Shown here: in pieces, positions 8,927 through 19,762 of the stretch
Layout: each line of letters begins with the position of its first letter
How positions within the stretch are numbered: the first letter of the stretch is position 1
From: a virus
Length of the DNA stretch: 64,000 nt
Direction: 5' to 3' (one strand)
IMG/VR virus record: IMGVR_UViG_3300036398_002324
Notes under the pieces: generated by a model
What the model was told of the DNA's origin: nothing
The model's input: the letters and a program-made list of their open reading frames with translations, nothing else
The model's database searches: none
Translations under genes and position numbers: made by a program

Positions 8927-10720
8927 ATGGTAGATGTCAGCAGTGTTAAAATAGACCTAGAGAGAGATAAATTATTCGATGAACTCGGAACCAAAAGACT
9001 TAAAGAATCATATATGCGAGAGACTGAATCAAGTCCTCAAGAAAGATTTGCATTCGTATCCGCTGCCTTTGCAAGTAATGATGCTCATGCTCAGAGGTTG
9101 TATGATTACAGTAGTAAGCATTGGCTTTCTTATTCTACTCCTATCTTGTCTTTTGGCCGTAGTAAGCGTGGCTTGCCTATTAGTTGTTTTCTCCCCTATC
9201 TTGATGATAGTGCAGAAGGTCTTGTCAATACGCTGGCAGAGGTAAATTGGTTATCAATGTTAGGAGGAGGAGTTGGAATTGGTCTTGGTATTCGTTCTGC
9301 TGATGATAAGTCTGTTGGTATTATGCCTCACTTGCGTACCTATGATGCATCTTCTTTGGCTTATAGACAGGGCAGGACTCGTCGTGGTTCTTATGCCGCT
9401 TATCTTGATATCAGCCATCCTGATATTCTTATATTTTTAGAAATGCGTAAGCCGACAGGCGACCAGAATATGCGTTGTCTGAATTTACATCATGGAATTA
9501 ATATCACAGATGATTTTATGCATTTGATTGAAAAAGCAATGCTTGACCCACTTGTAGATGATACGTGGGAATTGAAAGACCCACACTCCGGTGAAGTGAG
9601 AGATAAAATATCTGCACGTGAATTGTGGCAACGTATTCTTGAGACAAGAATGTTGACTGGTGAACCATACATCCACTTTATTGATACAAGTAATCGTATG
9701 ATGCCAGAATTTCAAAAGAAAAAAGGTCTGAGCATCAAACAATCAAATCTATGCAGTGAAATTATTTTACCTACAGACAAAGAGAGAACAGCGGTGTGTT
9801 GTCTTTCGTCTGTCAATTTGGAGTATTATGATGAATGGAAAGATGACAAACTTTTTCTTCGGGACATGGCGGAGATGCTTGATAACGTACTTCAGCACTT
9901 TATTGACAATGCTCCTGATGCTATTAGCCGAGCCAGGTTCTCTGCTATCCAAGAGCGCAGCATTGGTGTGGGGGCTCTTGGTTTCCATGCTTATCTACAA
10001 AAAAATAATATACCATTTGAATCGGCGTTAGCAACAAGTGCAAACAATAAAATTTTTAAACACATTAGAGAGAAATTAGATGAAGCGAATTTGCAGTTGG
10101 GTTCTGAACGAGGTGAAGCACCGGATGCTAGAGGCACCGGTTTACGTTTCAGCCATCTTATGGCCATTGCTCCTAATGCTTCTAGCTCTATTATCATGGG
10201 GAATACTAGCCCTTCTGTTGAGCCTTATCGTGCCAATGCCTATAGACAAGATACTCTTTCTGGAGCCTATCTAAACAAAAACAAATTCTTAGATAAAATT
10301 ATCAAGGAGAAATGTGATGCAGACAAATCATTGGATTATCAAGAAATCTGGTCATCTATTATTGCAAACGACGGTTCCGTCCAGCATTTGGAATTCTTGG
10401 ATGAATGGACCAAAGATGTCTACAAAACTGGTATGGAAATTGACCAACGATGGGTTGTGGACCACGCAGCTAACAGACAAAATTACATTGACCAAGCGCA
10501 ATCCATTAACATCTTTTTTAGACCTGATGTAAATGTAAAGTATCTTCATGCTGTACACTTTCAAGCATGGAAGCAAGGACTCAAAACACTTTACTATTGC
10601 CGTAGTGAGAAGCTTGCAAAAGCAGACAAGGTATCTAAAAAGATTGAACGTGAAATCATTCAAGAAATTGATTTGAAGCAATTGGTGAATGAAGATGTTT
10701 GTATTGCATGTGAAGGATAA
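8927..10720 (+). CDS. nrdA: Ribonucleotide reductase class Ia alpha subunit
   Basis: SNLCSEI, AIAPNASSS, KTLYY, C-terminal CIACEG; no ATP cone evident. Confidence 0.95.
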   Translation: MVDVSSVKIDLERDKLFDELGTKRLKESYMRETESSPQERFAFVSAAFASNDAHAQRLYDYSSKHWLSYSTPILSFGRSKRGLPISCFLPYLDDSAEGLVNTLAEVNWLSMLGGGVGIGLGIRSADDKSVGIMPHLRTYDASSLAYRQGRTRRGSYAAYLDISHPDILIFLEMRKPTGDQNMRCLNLHHGINITDDFMHLIEKAMLDPLVDDTWELKDPHSGEVRDKISARELWQRILETRMLTGEPYIHFIDTSNRMMPEFQKKKGLSIKQSNLCSEIILPTDKERTAVCCLSSVNLEYYDEWKDDKLFLRDMAEMLDNVLQHFIDNAPDAISRARFSAIQERSIGVGALGFHAYLQKNNIPFESALATSANNKIFKHIREKLDEANLQLGSERGEAPDARGTGLRFSHLMAIAPNASSSIIMGNTSPSVEPYRANAYRQDTLSGAYLNKNKFLDKIIKEKCDADKSLDYQEIWSSIIANDGSVQHLEFLDEWTKDVYKTGMEIDQRWVVDHAANRQNYIDQAQSINIFFRPDVNVKYLHAVHFQAWKQGLKTLYYCRSEKLAKADKVSKKIEREIIQEIDLKQLVNEDVCIACEG

Positions 10721-10730
10721 TGCGTGAATC

Positions 10731-11372
10731 ATGAGCAAAACAATTGCTTTGTTTGTTCAACATCCTAAATGTTCAGTGCAGTCGTGTAATGGTGTAATCA
10801 AAGCCCTTGGTGATGATTACACATATAAATTATTTACTAAACATGAAATCGAAGACGACTTTTTTAATTCTGTGGACCTCGTATGTTTTCCTGGCGGTGT
10901 CGGTGATAGTGATGCTTATGACACATATTTCAAGTCTCATGGGCATCTTATCGCCAACTACATCAAAAATGGTGGAAGATATCTTGGTATCTGTATGGGT
11001 GCCTATTGGGCTGGGCCTGATTACTTTAATTTTTTGTACGGAGCACAACCCGTCCAATATATTAAAAGACCCAACACATGCACAAGACGTTCATACTCAA
11101 AAGCAGTGGAATGTAACTGGAATGGCAAAACAGACAGATTCTTCTTTTACGATGGACCTGCGTTTATCGGAAATCCAGAATACTACGATGTTGTCGCAAG
11201 ATACGCAAATGGTGATGCGGCAGCAATTATACAAGGACGTGTAGGTTTGATTGGTCCGCATTTAGAAGCTGAAGAATATTGGTATAGTAAACCATACTTA
11301 CATAGACATTGGAATAACAATCAACACCACAGTCTATTAAAAGAATTTGTTGACAGATTGTTGGAGAAATAA
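10731..11372 (+). CDS. Class I glutamine amidotransferase-like protein (BPL_N-like)
   Basis: FPGG, GGRYLGICMGAY nucleophile elbow, GPHLE. Confidence 0.7.
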   Translation: MSKTIALFVQHPKCSVQSCNGVIKALGDDYTYKLFTKHEIEDDFFNSVDLVCFPGGVGDSDAYDTYFKSHGHLIANYIKNGGRYLGICMGAYWAGPDYFNFLYGAQPVQYIKRPNTCTRRSYSKAVECNWNGKTDRFFFYDGPAFIGNPEYYDVVARYANGDAAAIIQGRVGLIGPHLEAEEYWYSKPYLHRHWNNNQHHSLLKEFVDRLLEK

Positions 11373-11797
11373 TATGATAGGTGAAATATTAGTGTGGGGC
11401 TTTTTTTCAGCAATAGGTTGGATGACTGCAAACTGGACCGTTGATAAAATTATGCCAGAGAAAACAGAAACACAAATTTGTTCTGATTGGAAAGAAGAAC
11501 GTCAATCAGACGGCACAATTCAACGAACAAGAACATGTGAGCCAAAGAAATAATATGTGGGCTTACATTTTTACATTTCTAAGTATGTTTGTTACGGACA
11601 TCGTATACACACAATTACTCAAATCTGTTCAGAATGATAGACCTCTTGCATCGAGTATATGGGCATCACTCATAACATTTCTTGGTGGTGTAGCAATCAT
11701 CAATTACACCAGCAATAACATGATGATTATACCTGCAATACTAGGAGCATTTTGTGGCACATACGTCGGAATGAAATTTCACTTACACGAGAAAAAA

Positions 11798-12438
11798 TGG
11801 CACATTTAGTCGCAAACATACCACCAGTACACTGTTACATTCGTAAAGAATTTCTTTATGATTTTCAAAAAGGTCACGGAGAATATGAGCCTTGCATATG
11901 GGTATCAATTAAAAGTATTCGTGGTCAAGCATTTAGAATAGAAAGTTACTTACCAAACTATGGCGCAGTTTATGACAAACTACCTCTCCATGCGTTTGTA
12001 TCACGCTCAGAGAATCTTGACCCTAAGAAGTTTTTACCTTTAGATACATTGCAAATATGGGATTGTTTCAGTTATGATTTTACAGTGATACAAAAAGCTT
12101 TTTTACGTAATCTATCTGCAAAATTTTATGCCAAAGATAAACAGTTTTATCAAGGTAATTATTTGTTCACGGTTGATCACTCAGCGCCAGATTTGAATGT
12201 CATTGACACAAGTTATGCTGAATGGCCAGAAGACCATAAAAGTTTTAATTTTATCGAACTAGATAATGGACAATATGCTGCACAGCCAAACAACCGTTGT
12301 TTGTTTTTAGATGCAGCAAGCAATCCTAAACAGTTGAAATTTCCTGATTTTAAAGTATGCACAAAGAAATATGTTGTTGAACAAAATCCAAAATGGGCAT
12401 TAGGTGATACAGACACTGTAATGTACGAAAAGGAGTAA
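11798..12438 (+). CDS. Conserved hypothetical protein
   Basis: MAHLVANIPP...LQIWDCFSY...AAQPNNR; start refined to the internal ATG. Confidence 0.55.
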
Positions 12439-12633
12439 CATGATGAAGATGTACATCAACATGCTTGTATTTGTAATTTTAATTACCATTTCAATGAGCA
12501 TAGGAGATATAGTTGGTATCATTATTTGTGGTATTGGCTTTTTAATTATGATGGTTTATATTGAAGAACTTGAAGACATCGAGCAAAGTTCAAAGATACA
12601 CGAACTTGAAAAAAAATTTAAACAGGAGGAGTT

Positions 12634-12771
12634 ATGGCAAAGCAAAGAAGTGACTCAAATGCACACAAATCGGTCGAAAAAAGAACGAAGCAAGGTGGAT
12701 TGATTAGAACTGGCACTATGAATAAAAACGAAAAAAGAACTTTCAAGCAATACAGAGGACAAGGACGATGA
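12634..12771 (+). CDS. Small basic peptide ending KQYRGQGR (not in ORF track)
   Basis: SD AGGAGG; 45 aa; stop overlaps the thioredoxin start. Confidence 0.55.
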   Translation: MAKQRSDSNAHKSVEKRTKQGGLIRTGTMNKNEKRTFKQYRGQGR

Positions 12772-13016
12772 AACGCATATTACGATTCACCGCATCATGG
12801 TGTAATCCATGCAAATCACTAGCAAGTAATTTATCAGAAGTTGATGCAAGAATACCTGTTGAAGTTATTGATATAGATGTATATCCTGAAGTTGCAGCAG
12901 AATATGGTATACGTAGTGTACCAACTCTTGTTATGTTAAATGAAAATATAGAAGTAAAAAGAGTCGTCGGAGTTAAAACAACAAGAGAACTAAAGGAGTG
13001 GGTCTATAATGATTAA
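12768..13016 (+). CDS. Thioredoxin
   Basis: WCNPC active site; GIRSVPT cis-Pro motif; between nrd genes. Confidence 0.9.
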   Translation: MKRILRFTASWCNPCKSLASNLSEVDARIPVEVIDIDVYPEVAAEYGIRSVPTLVMLNENIEVKRVVGVKTTRELKEWVYND

Positions 13017-14001
13017 AAAGCAGCATACAAGATTGACAGATGAAAGAACATCATTCAAGCCATTTGCATATCCATGGGCATATGATGCATGGCTAAAACA
13101 TGAGCAAAGTCACTGGCTTCATAGTGAAGTTCCTATGCTTGAAGATGTAAAAGATTGGAAAAACAAATTAACACAAGAAGAAAAAAACTTTCTGACGCAT
13201 ATCTTTCGTTTCTTTACACAGGGCGATATTGATGTTGCTGGTGGTTATGTCAATAATTATCTGCCATATTTTCCACAACCAGAAGTTCGTATGATGTTGT
13301 TGGGTTTTGCTGCACGTGAAGCATTACACATTGCTGCATACTCACACTTGATTGAAACATTAGGTATGCCAGATACCACTTATTCGGAGTTTTTAGAATA
13401 TGAAGCAATGCGTGAAAAACATGATTATGTACTTGGTGTTAGCTCACAGAATGGTGATGCTGCTTCTACTGCTACTCATATTGCAGTTTTTAGTGCTTTC
13501 ACCGAAGGAATGCAGCTATTCAGTTCCTTTATCATGCTACTTAACTTTGCAAGACAAGGCAAGATGAAGGGTATGGGACAAATCATCACATGGTCCATCG
13601 TTGACGAAACACAACACGCTGAGTCAATGATTAAATTATTCCGAACTTACATAGAAGAGAATAAAGAGATATGGAATGACGACCTCAAATCAAGAATTTA
13701 TACCATTGCTGAAAAAATGGTTGAACTTGAAGATAAGTTTATTGACTTGGCATTTGATATGGGCGGCATCAACAATCTTACTTCTGAGGAAGTAAAAACA
13801 TACATTCGTTATATTGCTGACCGTCGTTTAATTTCTCTTGGACTAAAAGGTGTATTCAAAGTTAAAAAGAATCCACTGCCATGGGTTGAAGAAATGATTA
13901 ATGCACCAACACACACCAATTTCTTTGAGAATCGTGCGACCGATTATTCAAAGGGTGCTTTATCGGGCAACTGGGACACAGTATGGGGTAAAGCAGCATA
14001 A
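13009..14001 (+). CDS. nrdB: Ribonucleotide reductase beta subunit
   Basis: REALH, DETQH diiron motifs; NFFENRATDY. Confidence 0.95.
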   Translation: MIKKQHTRLTDERTSFKPFAYPWAYDAWLKHEQSHWLHSEVPMLEDVKDWKNKLTQEEKNFLTHIFRFFTQGDIDVAGGYVNNYLPYFPQPEVRMMLLGFAAREALHIAAYSHLIETLGMPDTTYSEFLEYEAMREKHDYVLGVSSQNGDAASTATHIAVFSAFTEGMQLFSSFIMLLNFARQGKMKGMGQIITWSIVDETQHAESMIKLFRTYIEENKEIWNDDLKSRIYTIAEKMVELEDKFIDLAFDMGGINNLTSEEVKTYIRYIADRRLISLGLKGVFKVKKNPLPWVEEMINAPTHTNFFENRATDYSKGALSGNWDTVWGKAA

Positions 14002-14058
14002 TACTAAATATAAAGTCTGATTATCTTTTGTGGTCGGACTATTAAAAAAAATTCTCAA

Positions 14059-14077
14059 TTGTGACAATTCCGTTACG
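14059..14077. promoter_or_regulatory. Possible Pho box upstream of pstS
   Basis: Minus strand reads CGTAAC-N5-TGTCAC with 11-bp period; late-type ACTAAATA at 14003-14010. Confidence 0.35.
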
Positions 14078-14114
14078 GTTGAAATGTTTTAGTAGTCTAA
14101 CCATAGGAGATAAT

Positions 14115-15140
14115 ATGAAGCAGTTTTTAGCATCTATTCTATTAGCAGTATCTTCGGTCGTATCAGCAGCAGAACTAACTGGCGCTGGTGCGACTTTTCC
14201 ATTTCCAATCTACAGTAAATGGGCTGAGGCTTACAAAGCACAAACTGGCATTGGTCTAAACTATCAATCCATCGGTTCAGGTGGTGGTATCAAACAAATC
14301 AAATCAAAGACAGTTGACTTTGGTGCGTCTGATATGCCATTGAAGAAAGAAGAATTGGACAAAGAAGGTCTTGTACAATTTCCAGCAATCATAGGTGGTG
14401 TAGTACCAGTCTTCAATCTTGACGGTGTAGCACCAGGTCAATTGAAGTTGACACCAGAAGTTGTTGCAAACATTCATATGGGTAAAATCACAAAATGGAA
14501 TGACAAAGCAATTACTGATTTGAATCCTGGTGTGAATCTTCCAGCATTAGCAATCACTGTAATTCATCGTGCAGATGGTTCAGGCACTACATTTATCTGG
14601 ACAAATTTCTTGGGTAAAGCAAACGCAGAGTTTGCAAAAACTGTCGGTGAAGGTACAGCAGTCAAATGGCCTGTTGGTGTAGGTGGTAAAGGCAATGAGG
14701 GCGTTGCAGCACAAGTGCAAAGAATCAAAGGCGCATTTGGATATGTTGAGTATGCATTTGCAAAGAGAAACAAAATTGCATTTGCACAATTGAAAAATCG
14801 TGATGGTGTTTTTGTATTACCTGATGATTCTACATTCAAAGCAGCAGCAGCAAATGCTGACTGGAACAATGCACCAGGCATGTATTTGTTACTTACATGG
14901 CAGACGGGCAAAGATGCATGGCCAGCAACTGGCGCAAGTTTTATCCTGATGCACAAACAGCAAGCAGACGCACTAACAGGTCGTGCAATTCTCAAATTCT
15001 TTGATTGGTCATATAAGAACGGTGGTCAAATGTCAACAGAATTGGAATATGTTCACATGCCAGCCGATGTAATTAAATTAGTTCAGGAAAACTGGAAGAA
15101 AGACTTCCGTGGTCCAGACAACAACCCAATTTGGAAATAA
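14115..15140 (+). CDS. pstS: Phosphate ABC transporter substrate-binding protein
   Basis: Signal peptide; GAGATFP, GSGGG, RADGSGTT motifs; start after SD AGGAGA. Confidence 0.95.
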   Translation: MKQFLASILLAVSSVVSAAELTGAGATFPFPIYSKWAEAYKAQTGIGLNYQSIGSGGGIKQIKSKTVDFGASDMPLKKEELDKEGLVQFPAIIGGVVPVFNLDGVAPGQLKLTPEVVANIHMGKITKWNDKAITDLNPGVNLPALAITVIHRADGSGTTFIWTNFLGKANAEFAKTVGEGTAVKWPVGVGGKGNEGVAAQVQRIKGAFGYVEYAFAKRNKIAFAQLKNRDGVFVLPDDSTFKAAAANADWNNAPGMYLLLTWQTGKDAWPATGASFILMHKQQADALTGRAILKFFDWSYKNGGQMSTELEYVHMPADVIKLVQENWKKDFRGPDNNPIWK

Positions 15141-15149
15141 GGATATATC

Positions 15150-16556
15150 ATGAAACTATTTAAAAAACTTTCTATTGTAGTTGCACTAGCCGCAGTAATT
15201 CCAGCATATGCTGATGAGTATAAGGACACATTGAATATTCTCAGAGAGAAAAATATTATTACTCAACAAGAGTATAATACTAAACTTAAAGCATATGAAG
15301 AGAAAGAAGAAAACAAAAAATTTGCAGAGCAAAGAATTGATAAAGATGTTAGTGATTCAGTCAAATACAGACAAGCAAGAGCAAATGACGGTTCAGTTAT
15401 GGAAAACGGAATCGGATTAAAATCAAAAGATGGTAACAATACCATTCAGCTTACAGGTCGAGTAAACATGGACTATCGTTACTATACACCAGACTATGGT
15501 ACAGGGCAGACCACAGATTCATATCAAAACTTAGCTGAAATTCGTCGTGCAAGATTTGGTGTGCGTGGTCAATTTCAAAAAGACTTCAAGTATGAAATAA
15601 TTGGTAACTTTGGTAATGATGTTGGTGCATCATCAACATCAACATTGATGGATGTGGCTTGGGTAAATTACGCAGCAAATCCTGAAATGCAGTTTCAGTT
15701 CGGTCTATTTAAAATGCCTTTCAGTCTTGAGCAGTTGACTAGTTCAAACAACATTGATTTTATGGAACGTAGTTTGATTGGTCAAGTTGAGGGTGAATTT
15801 ATTCCATCAAAAGAAACTGGATTCATGGTGCATGGTGTACCTAAAACTGGTTTGACTTATGCTGTTGCGTTGAGCCGTGGTCGTGCAAATAAAGATGCAA
15901 CAAATGATGGTTTTGATTACATTGGTCGTGTTACCACAAACATTGCTGAACTAACTGGCAGTAAAGAGTACACTGCTCACTTGGGTGCAGCATATAGTAT
16001 GGGTGATATTAAGGGTGGAGTAATTCCTGCAAGTGGTAGAACTGAGAGTAGATCTCAAAGTGCTTTCTTTACTGGCTCCGCATTGAGTGGTGACACTGTT
16101 AGAACACGCCAAGGTCTTGAAGCAGCATTTGCATACAAAAGTTTGAAACTACAGGGTGAGCAATTTAATTTCAAATATGACCCCACTACAGGTAACAATG
16201 TAGAAATTAAAGGTTACTATGTTCAAGCGATGTATAATTTAACAGGTGAATCTTATAATTATAAAGATGGTGTTTTTAGTGCAGTTAAACCAAACAACCC
16301 AACTGACAAGGGTGGTAAAGGTGCTTGGCAAGTTGGTGTACGTATGAGTGAGTTTGATGCTAGTGACATTACTGTTGCTACTGGTAAAACCAATCGTGCT
16401 ACTGCTATGACTTATGGACTAACTTGGTTTGCTACTGACAACCTACGTTTTATGTTAAACTATGTTGATACTAAATTTGATGCTTTAGTTGGTTCTTCGG
16501 GTAGTCGTGTAACTGGTGACAAAGCAATCATGTTTAGAAGTCAATTGAATTTCTAA
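15150..16556 (+). CDS. Phosphate-selective porin OprO/OprP family
   Basis: Signal peptide; RRARFG, PFSLEQLTSSNNIDFMERS; C-terminal Phe; follows pstS. Confidence 0.85.
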   Translation: MKLFKKLSIVVALAAVIPAYADEYKDTLNILREKNIITQQEYNTKLKAYEEKEENKKFAEQRIDKDVSDSVKYRQARANDGSVMENGIGLKSKDGNNTIQLTGRVNMDYRYYTPDYGTGQTTDSYQNLAEIRRARFGVRGQFQKDFKYEIIGNFGNDVGASSTSTLMDVAWVNYAANPEMQFQFGLFKMPFSLEQLTSSNNIDFMERSLIGQVEGEFIPSKETGFMVHGVPKTGLTYAVALSRGRANKDATNDGFDYIGRVTTNIAELTGSKEYTAHLGAAYSMGDIKGGVIPASGRTESRSQSAFFTGSALSGDTVRTRQGLEAAFAYKSLKLQGEQFNFKYDPTTGNNVEIKGYYVQAMYNLTGESYNYKDGVFSAVKPNNPTDKGGKGAWQVGVRMSEFDASDITVATGKTNRATAMTYGLTWFATDNLRFMLNYVDTKFDALVGSSGSRVTGDKAIMFRSQLNF

Positions 16557-16572
16557 TTCTATTGGTTCTATT

Positions 16573-16597
16573 AAAAGCCCCTTTCGGGGCTTTTTTA
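16573..16597 (+). terminator. Intrinsic terminator
   Basis: AAAAGCCCC-TTTC-GGGGCTTTTTT. Confidence 0.85.
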
Positions 16598-16637
16598 ATG
16601 CTCTAAATAAGTGTTTCAACAACCTAAGGAAGATATC

Positions 16638-17093
16638 ATGAAACGCTTATTAGCATTTGTCATGGTAACACTTTTGTCTTTTTCGGTTTATGCAGAGACT
16701 GAACAGTTTGAATTAAATTTTCAAAATAATAGAATAATTCATGATGATTCAGATTGGGAATTCCTGGCTCACGAACACACATATAAATTCTCTATGGTTA
16801 AAAATTTCTACAAATTGGACCAAGATAATTTTTTGATTCATTCTTATGTTCAGTTTGATGAGCCTTATAATTATGCATCTTTTTCTGAACCAACAGACAA
16901 GATATATACGATGGGTGTTTTAAGTTGTTCAAGAAAAGCCATAATGCTTCTTCGTCAAATATATGTGAAGAAAGACGGAGAAATACAAGCGATTCAACCC
17001 ATTCAACCAAATCAATACATATCAGAAGTTGAAGCGCCAGAAACAGCAAGGCATCAGATGTATTTGAAAATATGTTCAGGAGAAATTGTATGA
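16638..17093 (+). CDS. Secreted hypothetical protein
   Basis: Signal peptide MKRLLAF; late-type TCTAAATA upstream. Confidence 0.5.
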   Translation: MKRLLAFVMVTLLSFSVYAETEQFELNFQNNRIIHDDSDWEFLAHEHTYKFSMVKNFYKLDQDNFLIHSYVQFDEPYNYASFSEPTDKIYTMGVLSCSRKAIMLLRQIYVKKDGEIQAIQPIQPNQYISEVEAPETARHQMYLKICSGEIV

Positions 17094-17536
17094 GAAAATT
17101 TTATGCAGCAGTAGGATTTTTATTTTTATGTTTATTATTGCCAGCACATGCACAAAAGGCACCACAGGGCGTAATGTATGATGCACAAATTTTACGTGTA
17201 AGTGATGGTGATACTGTTGTTATTGCAGCCACATTTTTACCAGCACCATTAAAGCCAGAACTTGCTGTTCGTATCTACGGTGTAGATACACCAGAAAAAG
17301 GTCATCGTGCCCAATGCCCGCAAGAAAACGAAAGAGGTTTACTTGCATCAAAATTCACAAATAATGCAGTTGCAAAATCAACCAAACGTCAAGTTGTTCT
17401 GTATGGTTGGGACAAATTCGGTGGTCGTGTTTTGGGAGACATCATTTTAGATGGACAAAGTTTGAGAGGAATGCTAATTCAAAATGGCTTTGCACGTGAG
17501 TATTTCGGTGAAGCGAAACAATCATGGTGTAACTAA
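17090..17536 (+). CDS. Thermonuclease (SNase family), secreted
   Basis: DGDT, RIYGVDTPE, DKFGGRVLG motifs; signal peptide. Confidence 0.85.
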   Translation: MRKFYAAVGFLFLCLLLPAHAQKAPQGVMYDAQILRVSDGDTVVIAATFLPAPLKPELAVRIYGVDTPEKGHRAQCPQENERGLLASKFTNNAVAKSTKRQVVLYGWDKFGGRVLGDIILDGQSLRGMLIQNGFAREYFGEAKQSWCN

Positions 17537-17538
17537 TC

Positions 17539-17703
17539 ATGCACATTAAGCATACTTGTTCCGCATGTTCATCTGAATTTGGTATATCCTACGATGAAAT
17601 GTATACCGAATCCGACCCAAACTTTTGTCCATTCTGTGGTGAATATCTAATTCTTGATGAAGATGATTTCAACGAAGATGATTCTGATGAAGAGTCGCTA
17701 TGA
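17539..17703 (+). CDS. Small Zn-ribbon protein with acidic tail (not in ORF track)
   Basis: CSAC...CPFC; 54 aa. Confidence 0.6.
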   Translation: MHIKHTCSACSSEFGISYDEMYTESDPNFCPFCGEYLILDEDDFNEDDSDEESL

Positions 17704-18116
17704 CATGGTACTACGATGGTGTGCCATTTGATGACGATGGTACATCATTTGGTTTTGTGTATCTAATAGAGAACCTAACAAACAACAGGAAATATATTGG
17801 ACGCAAATACTTTAGCAAAGCTGGTTACAAGCAAGTCAACGGTAAAAGAAAAAAAGTTAGAAAAGCCAGTGACTGGGAAAACTATTACGGTTCCAACGAA
17901 ACACTTAAAAGAGAAGTTGCCGAACTAGGTGAACATAATTTTCGTCGGACAATTTTACACTTATGTAAAACTCGGTCTGAGTGTTCCTATTGGGAGACGT
18001 TCGAGATATTTTCCAGACATGCATTGTTGGACGAATCCTTTTACAACGATTGGGTATCGGCTAAGATACGCAAAGCCCACCTAAAAAATGTGCGGTTGCA
18101 GCATAAAACTACATAA
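17700..18116 (+). CDS. GIY-YIG endonuclease (endonuclease II/DenA-like)
   Basis: GFVYLI...KYIGRK, YYGS, FYN motifs. Confidence 0.8.
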   Translation: MTWYYDGVPFDDDGTSFGFVYLIENLTNNRKYIGRKYFSKAGYKQVNGKRKKVRKASDWENYYGSNETLKREVAELGEHNFRRTILHLCKTRSECSYWETFEIFSRHALLDESFYNDWVSAKIRKAHLKNVRLQHKTT

Positions 18117-18782
18117 ATAAGATTGACGGTGCCCGATGGGACTAGTCAATTTTATAGGAGAGTAGTTTTGTTTAAGAAAATAATTGAGTGGTTTACGAAA
18201 CCTCAAATTACGGAAATTGAGTATTACATCGCCTCAAAAAATCCGAAATCACCTGCCGATGTAGAACAGCTTATTCAAGAGTTCAATCAAAAAAGGAGAC
18301 TACAATGTTTTTAAATCAACCACAATTTCCAACATTCTATACTTGGAACGATATTCAGCGTAAATCAGAAGCTATTGCCATCAAAACTGTTGACTTTAAC
18401 AAGAGTTTAGTAGATAATACTCTAAGCTTCATTGATGATATCACAGAAAAGAATTTTACTACATATACGAAGAAAGCACTTAACTTCAATCAAAATGTAG
18501 CGGAAGATGCGAAAAAAATCATCAAATCAGAGATTATCTCAGAAAACAAAGGAACTAAGTCTTGATATTGCACATAAGACTAAATTCTGGCAAGCAGTAA
18601 AACGAAACGGTTGGTGGATTAAATTTTCCACTTACCGTGACCATTATATATTGCTGATGGTTATATCAATGCATACATGTCAAACAATAGTTCGATATTA
18701 TGAAAATGAGCAAGAAGCTGTTCAGTTTATAAATTTCATTACATCATGTGACCCACAATCAATTTTTCAATCGGCTTAAATT

Positions 18783-19409
18783 ATGGATACATTACATGCG
18801 ATAAAATCTTTGTCAAACACAAAGAAAATGCTTGAAGACCTTATCTTAAACAAAGAACAAAACTTCGGCATCAAAAACATCCCTAAACCAGTAACAGAAT
18901 TAATTCATGCAGCCGATGCATGTGTTAATGCTCTTCAAAATGGTAACAAAATATTCTTCATGGGTAACGGTGGTTCAGCAGCAGAGGCACAACATCTTGC
19001 TGGTGAATTGGTTTCTTATTTTATGGTAAAAAGTGAACCATATGCAGCAATTGCATTAAACACCGATACTTCAATCATCACTGCCATATCAAATGATATC
19101 GGTTATAAACACATATTCTCACGCCAACTTCAAGCACTATCGAAGCCCGGTGACGTAGCAATTTATCTGTCCACATCTGGTTCTTCAGAAAATATTCTAG
19201 AAGCAATGAAGTTTGGTAAAATAAATGGACTGGTAAATGTAGCGTTTACTGGTTTGAAAACTTGGCTCATGCAAGATTATGCCGATTACTATGTGGCTAT
19301 ACCATCATCAGTTACTCCACAAATACAAGAAGGTCACTTGATGCTAGGTCATTTGCTTTGCCATATCATTGAAGAAAAATTACAACCTAAAGCAAAAGAT
19401 GATTTCTAA
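18783..19409 (+). CDS. gmhA: Phosphoheptose isomerase
   Basis: GNGGSAAEAQH, STSGSSENI, QIQEGH SIS-domain motifs. Confidence 0.9.
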   Translation: MDTLHAIKSLSNTKKMLEDLILNKEQNFGIKNIPKPVTELIHAADACVNALQNGNKIFFMGNGGSAAEAQHLAGELVSYFMVKSEPYAAIALNTDTSIITAISNDIGYKHIFSRQLQALSKPGDVAIYLSTSGSSENILEAMKFGKINGLVNVAFTGLKTWLMQDYADYYVAIPSSVTPQIQEGHLMLGHLLCHIIEEKLQPKAKDDF

Positions 19410-19723
19410 TGCCTAAAGAAAAGTCTTGTCCACGTTGCGGCACTACACACAAGAAACGTGGACCTTATTGTTCAATGTCCTGTGCAAATGTACGTGAACA
19501 TTCGGATGAAGACAAAACAGTTCGGCGCAAAAAACTAATCGAATATCATCAAACACCTGAGGGTGCAGCAACAAGAGCAAAGTCTTCCGAAATGATGTCC
19601 GCCAAAAGAAGAGGTGAGGACTGGGAAAGAGTGGAAATGGAAGATTATGCGATAGATATCCCTGACGTTACCGATTATATAGCAGAGTATGATGATATGT
19701 GGTCAAGAGCAGAAAAGTGGTAA
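19409..19723 (+). CDS. Zn-finger hypothetical protein
   Basis: CPRC...YCSMSC. Confidence 0.55.
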   Translation: MPKEKSCPRCGTTHKKRGPYCSMSCANVREHSDEDKTVRRKKLIEYHQTPEGAATRAKSSEMMSAKRRGEDWERVEMEDYAIDIPDVTDYIAEYDDMWSRAEKW

Positions 19724-19733
19724 TAAATAGCTC

Positions 19734-19762
19734 TTGACAGCAGATGAATAATACAATACAAT
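19734..19762 (+). promoter_or_regulatory. sigma70-type promoter
   Basis: TTGACA-17-TACAAT. Confidence 0.65.

Noticed and set aside
8927-14001. Introns or inteins in nrdA/nrdB
   Set aside because: Both frames are continuous and of normal length; the genes between them are separate ORFs.
17700-18116. Mobile homing endonuclease
   Set aside because: Short GIY-YIG protein without a DNA-binding tail or intron context; it fits the endonuclease II type better.
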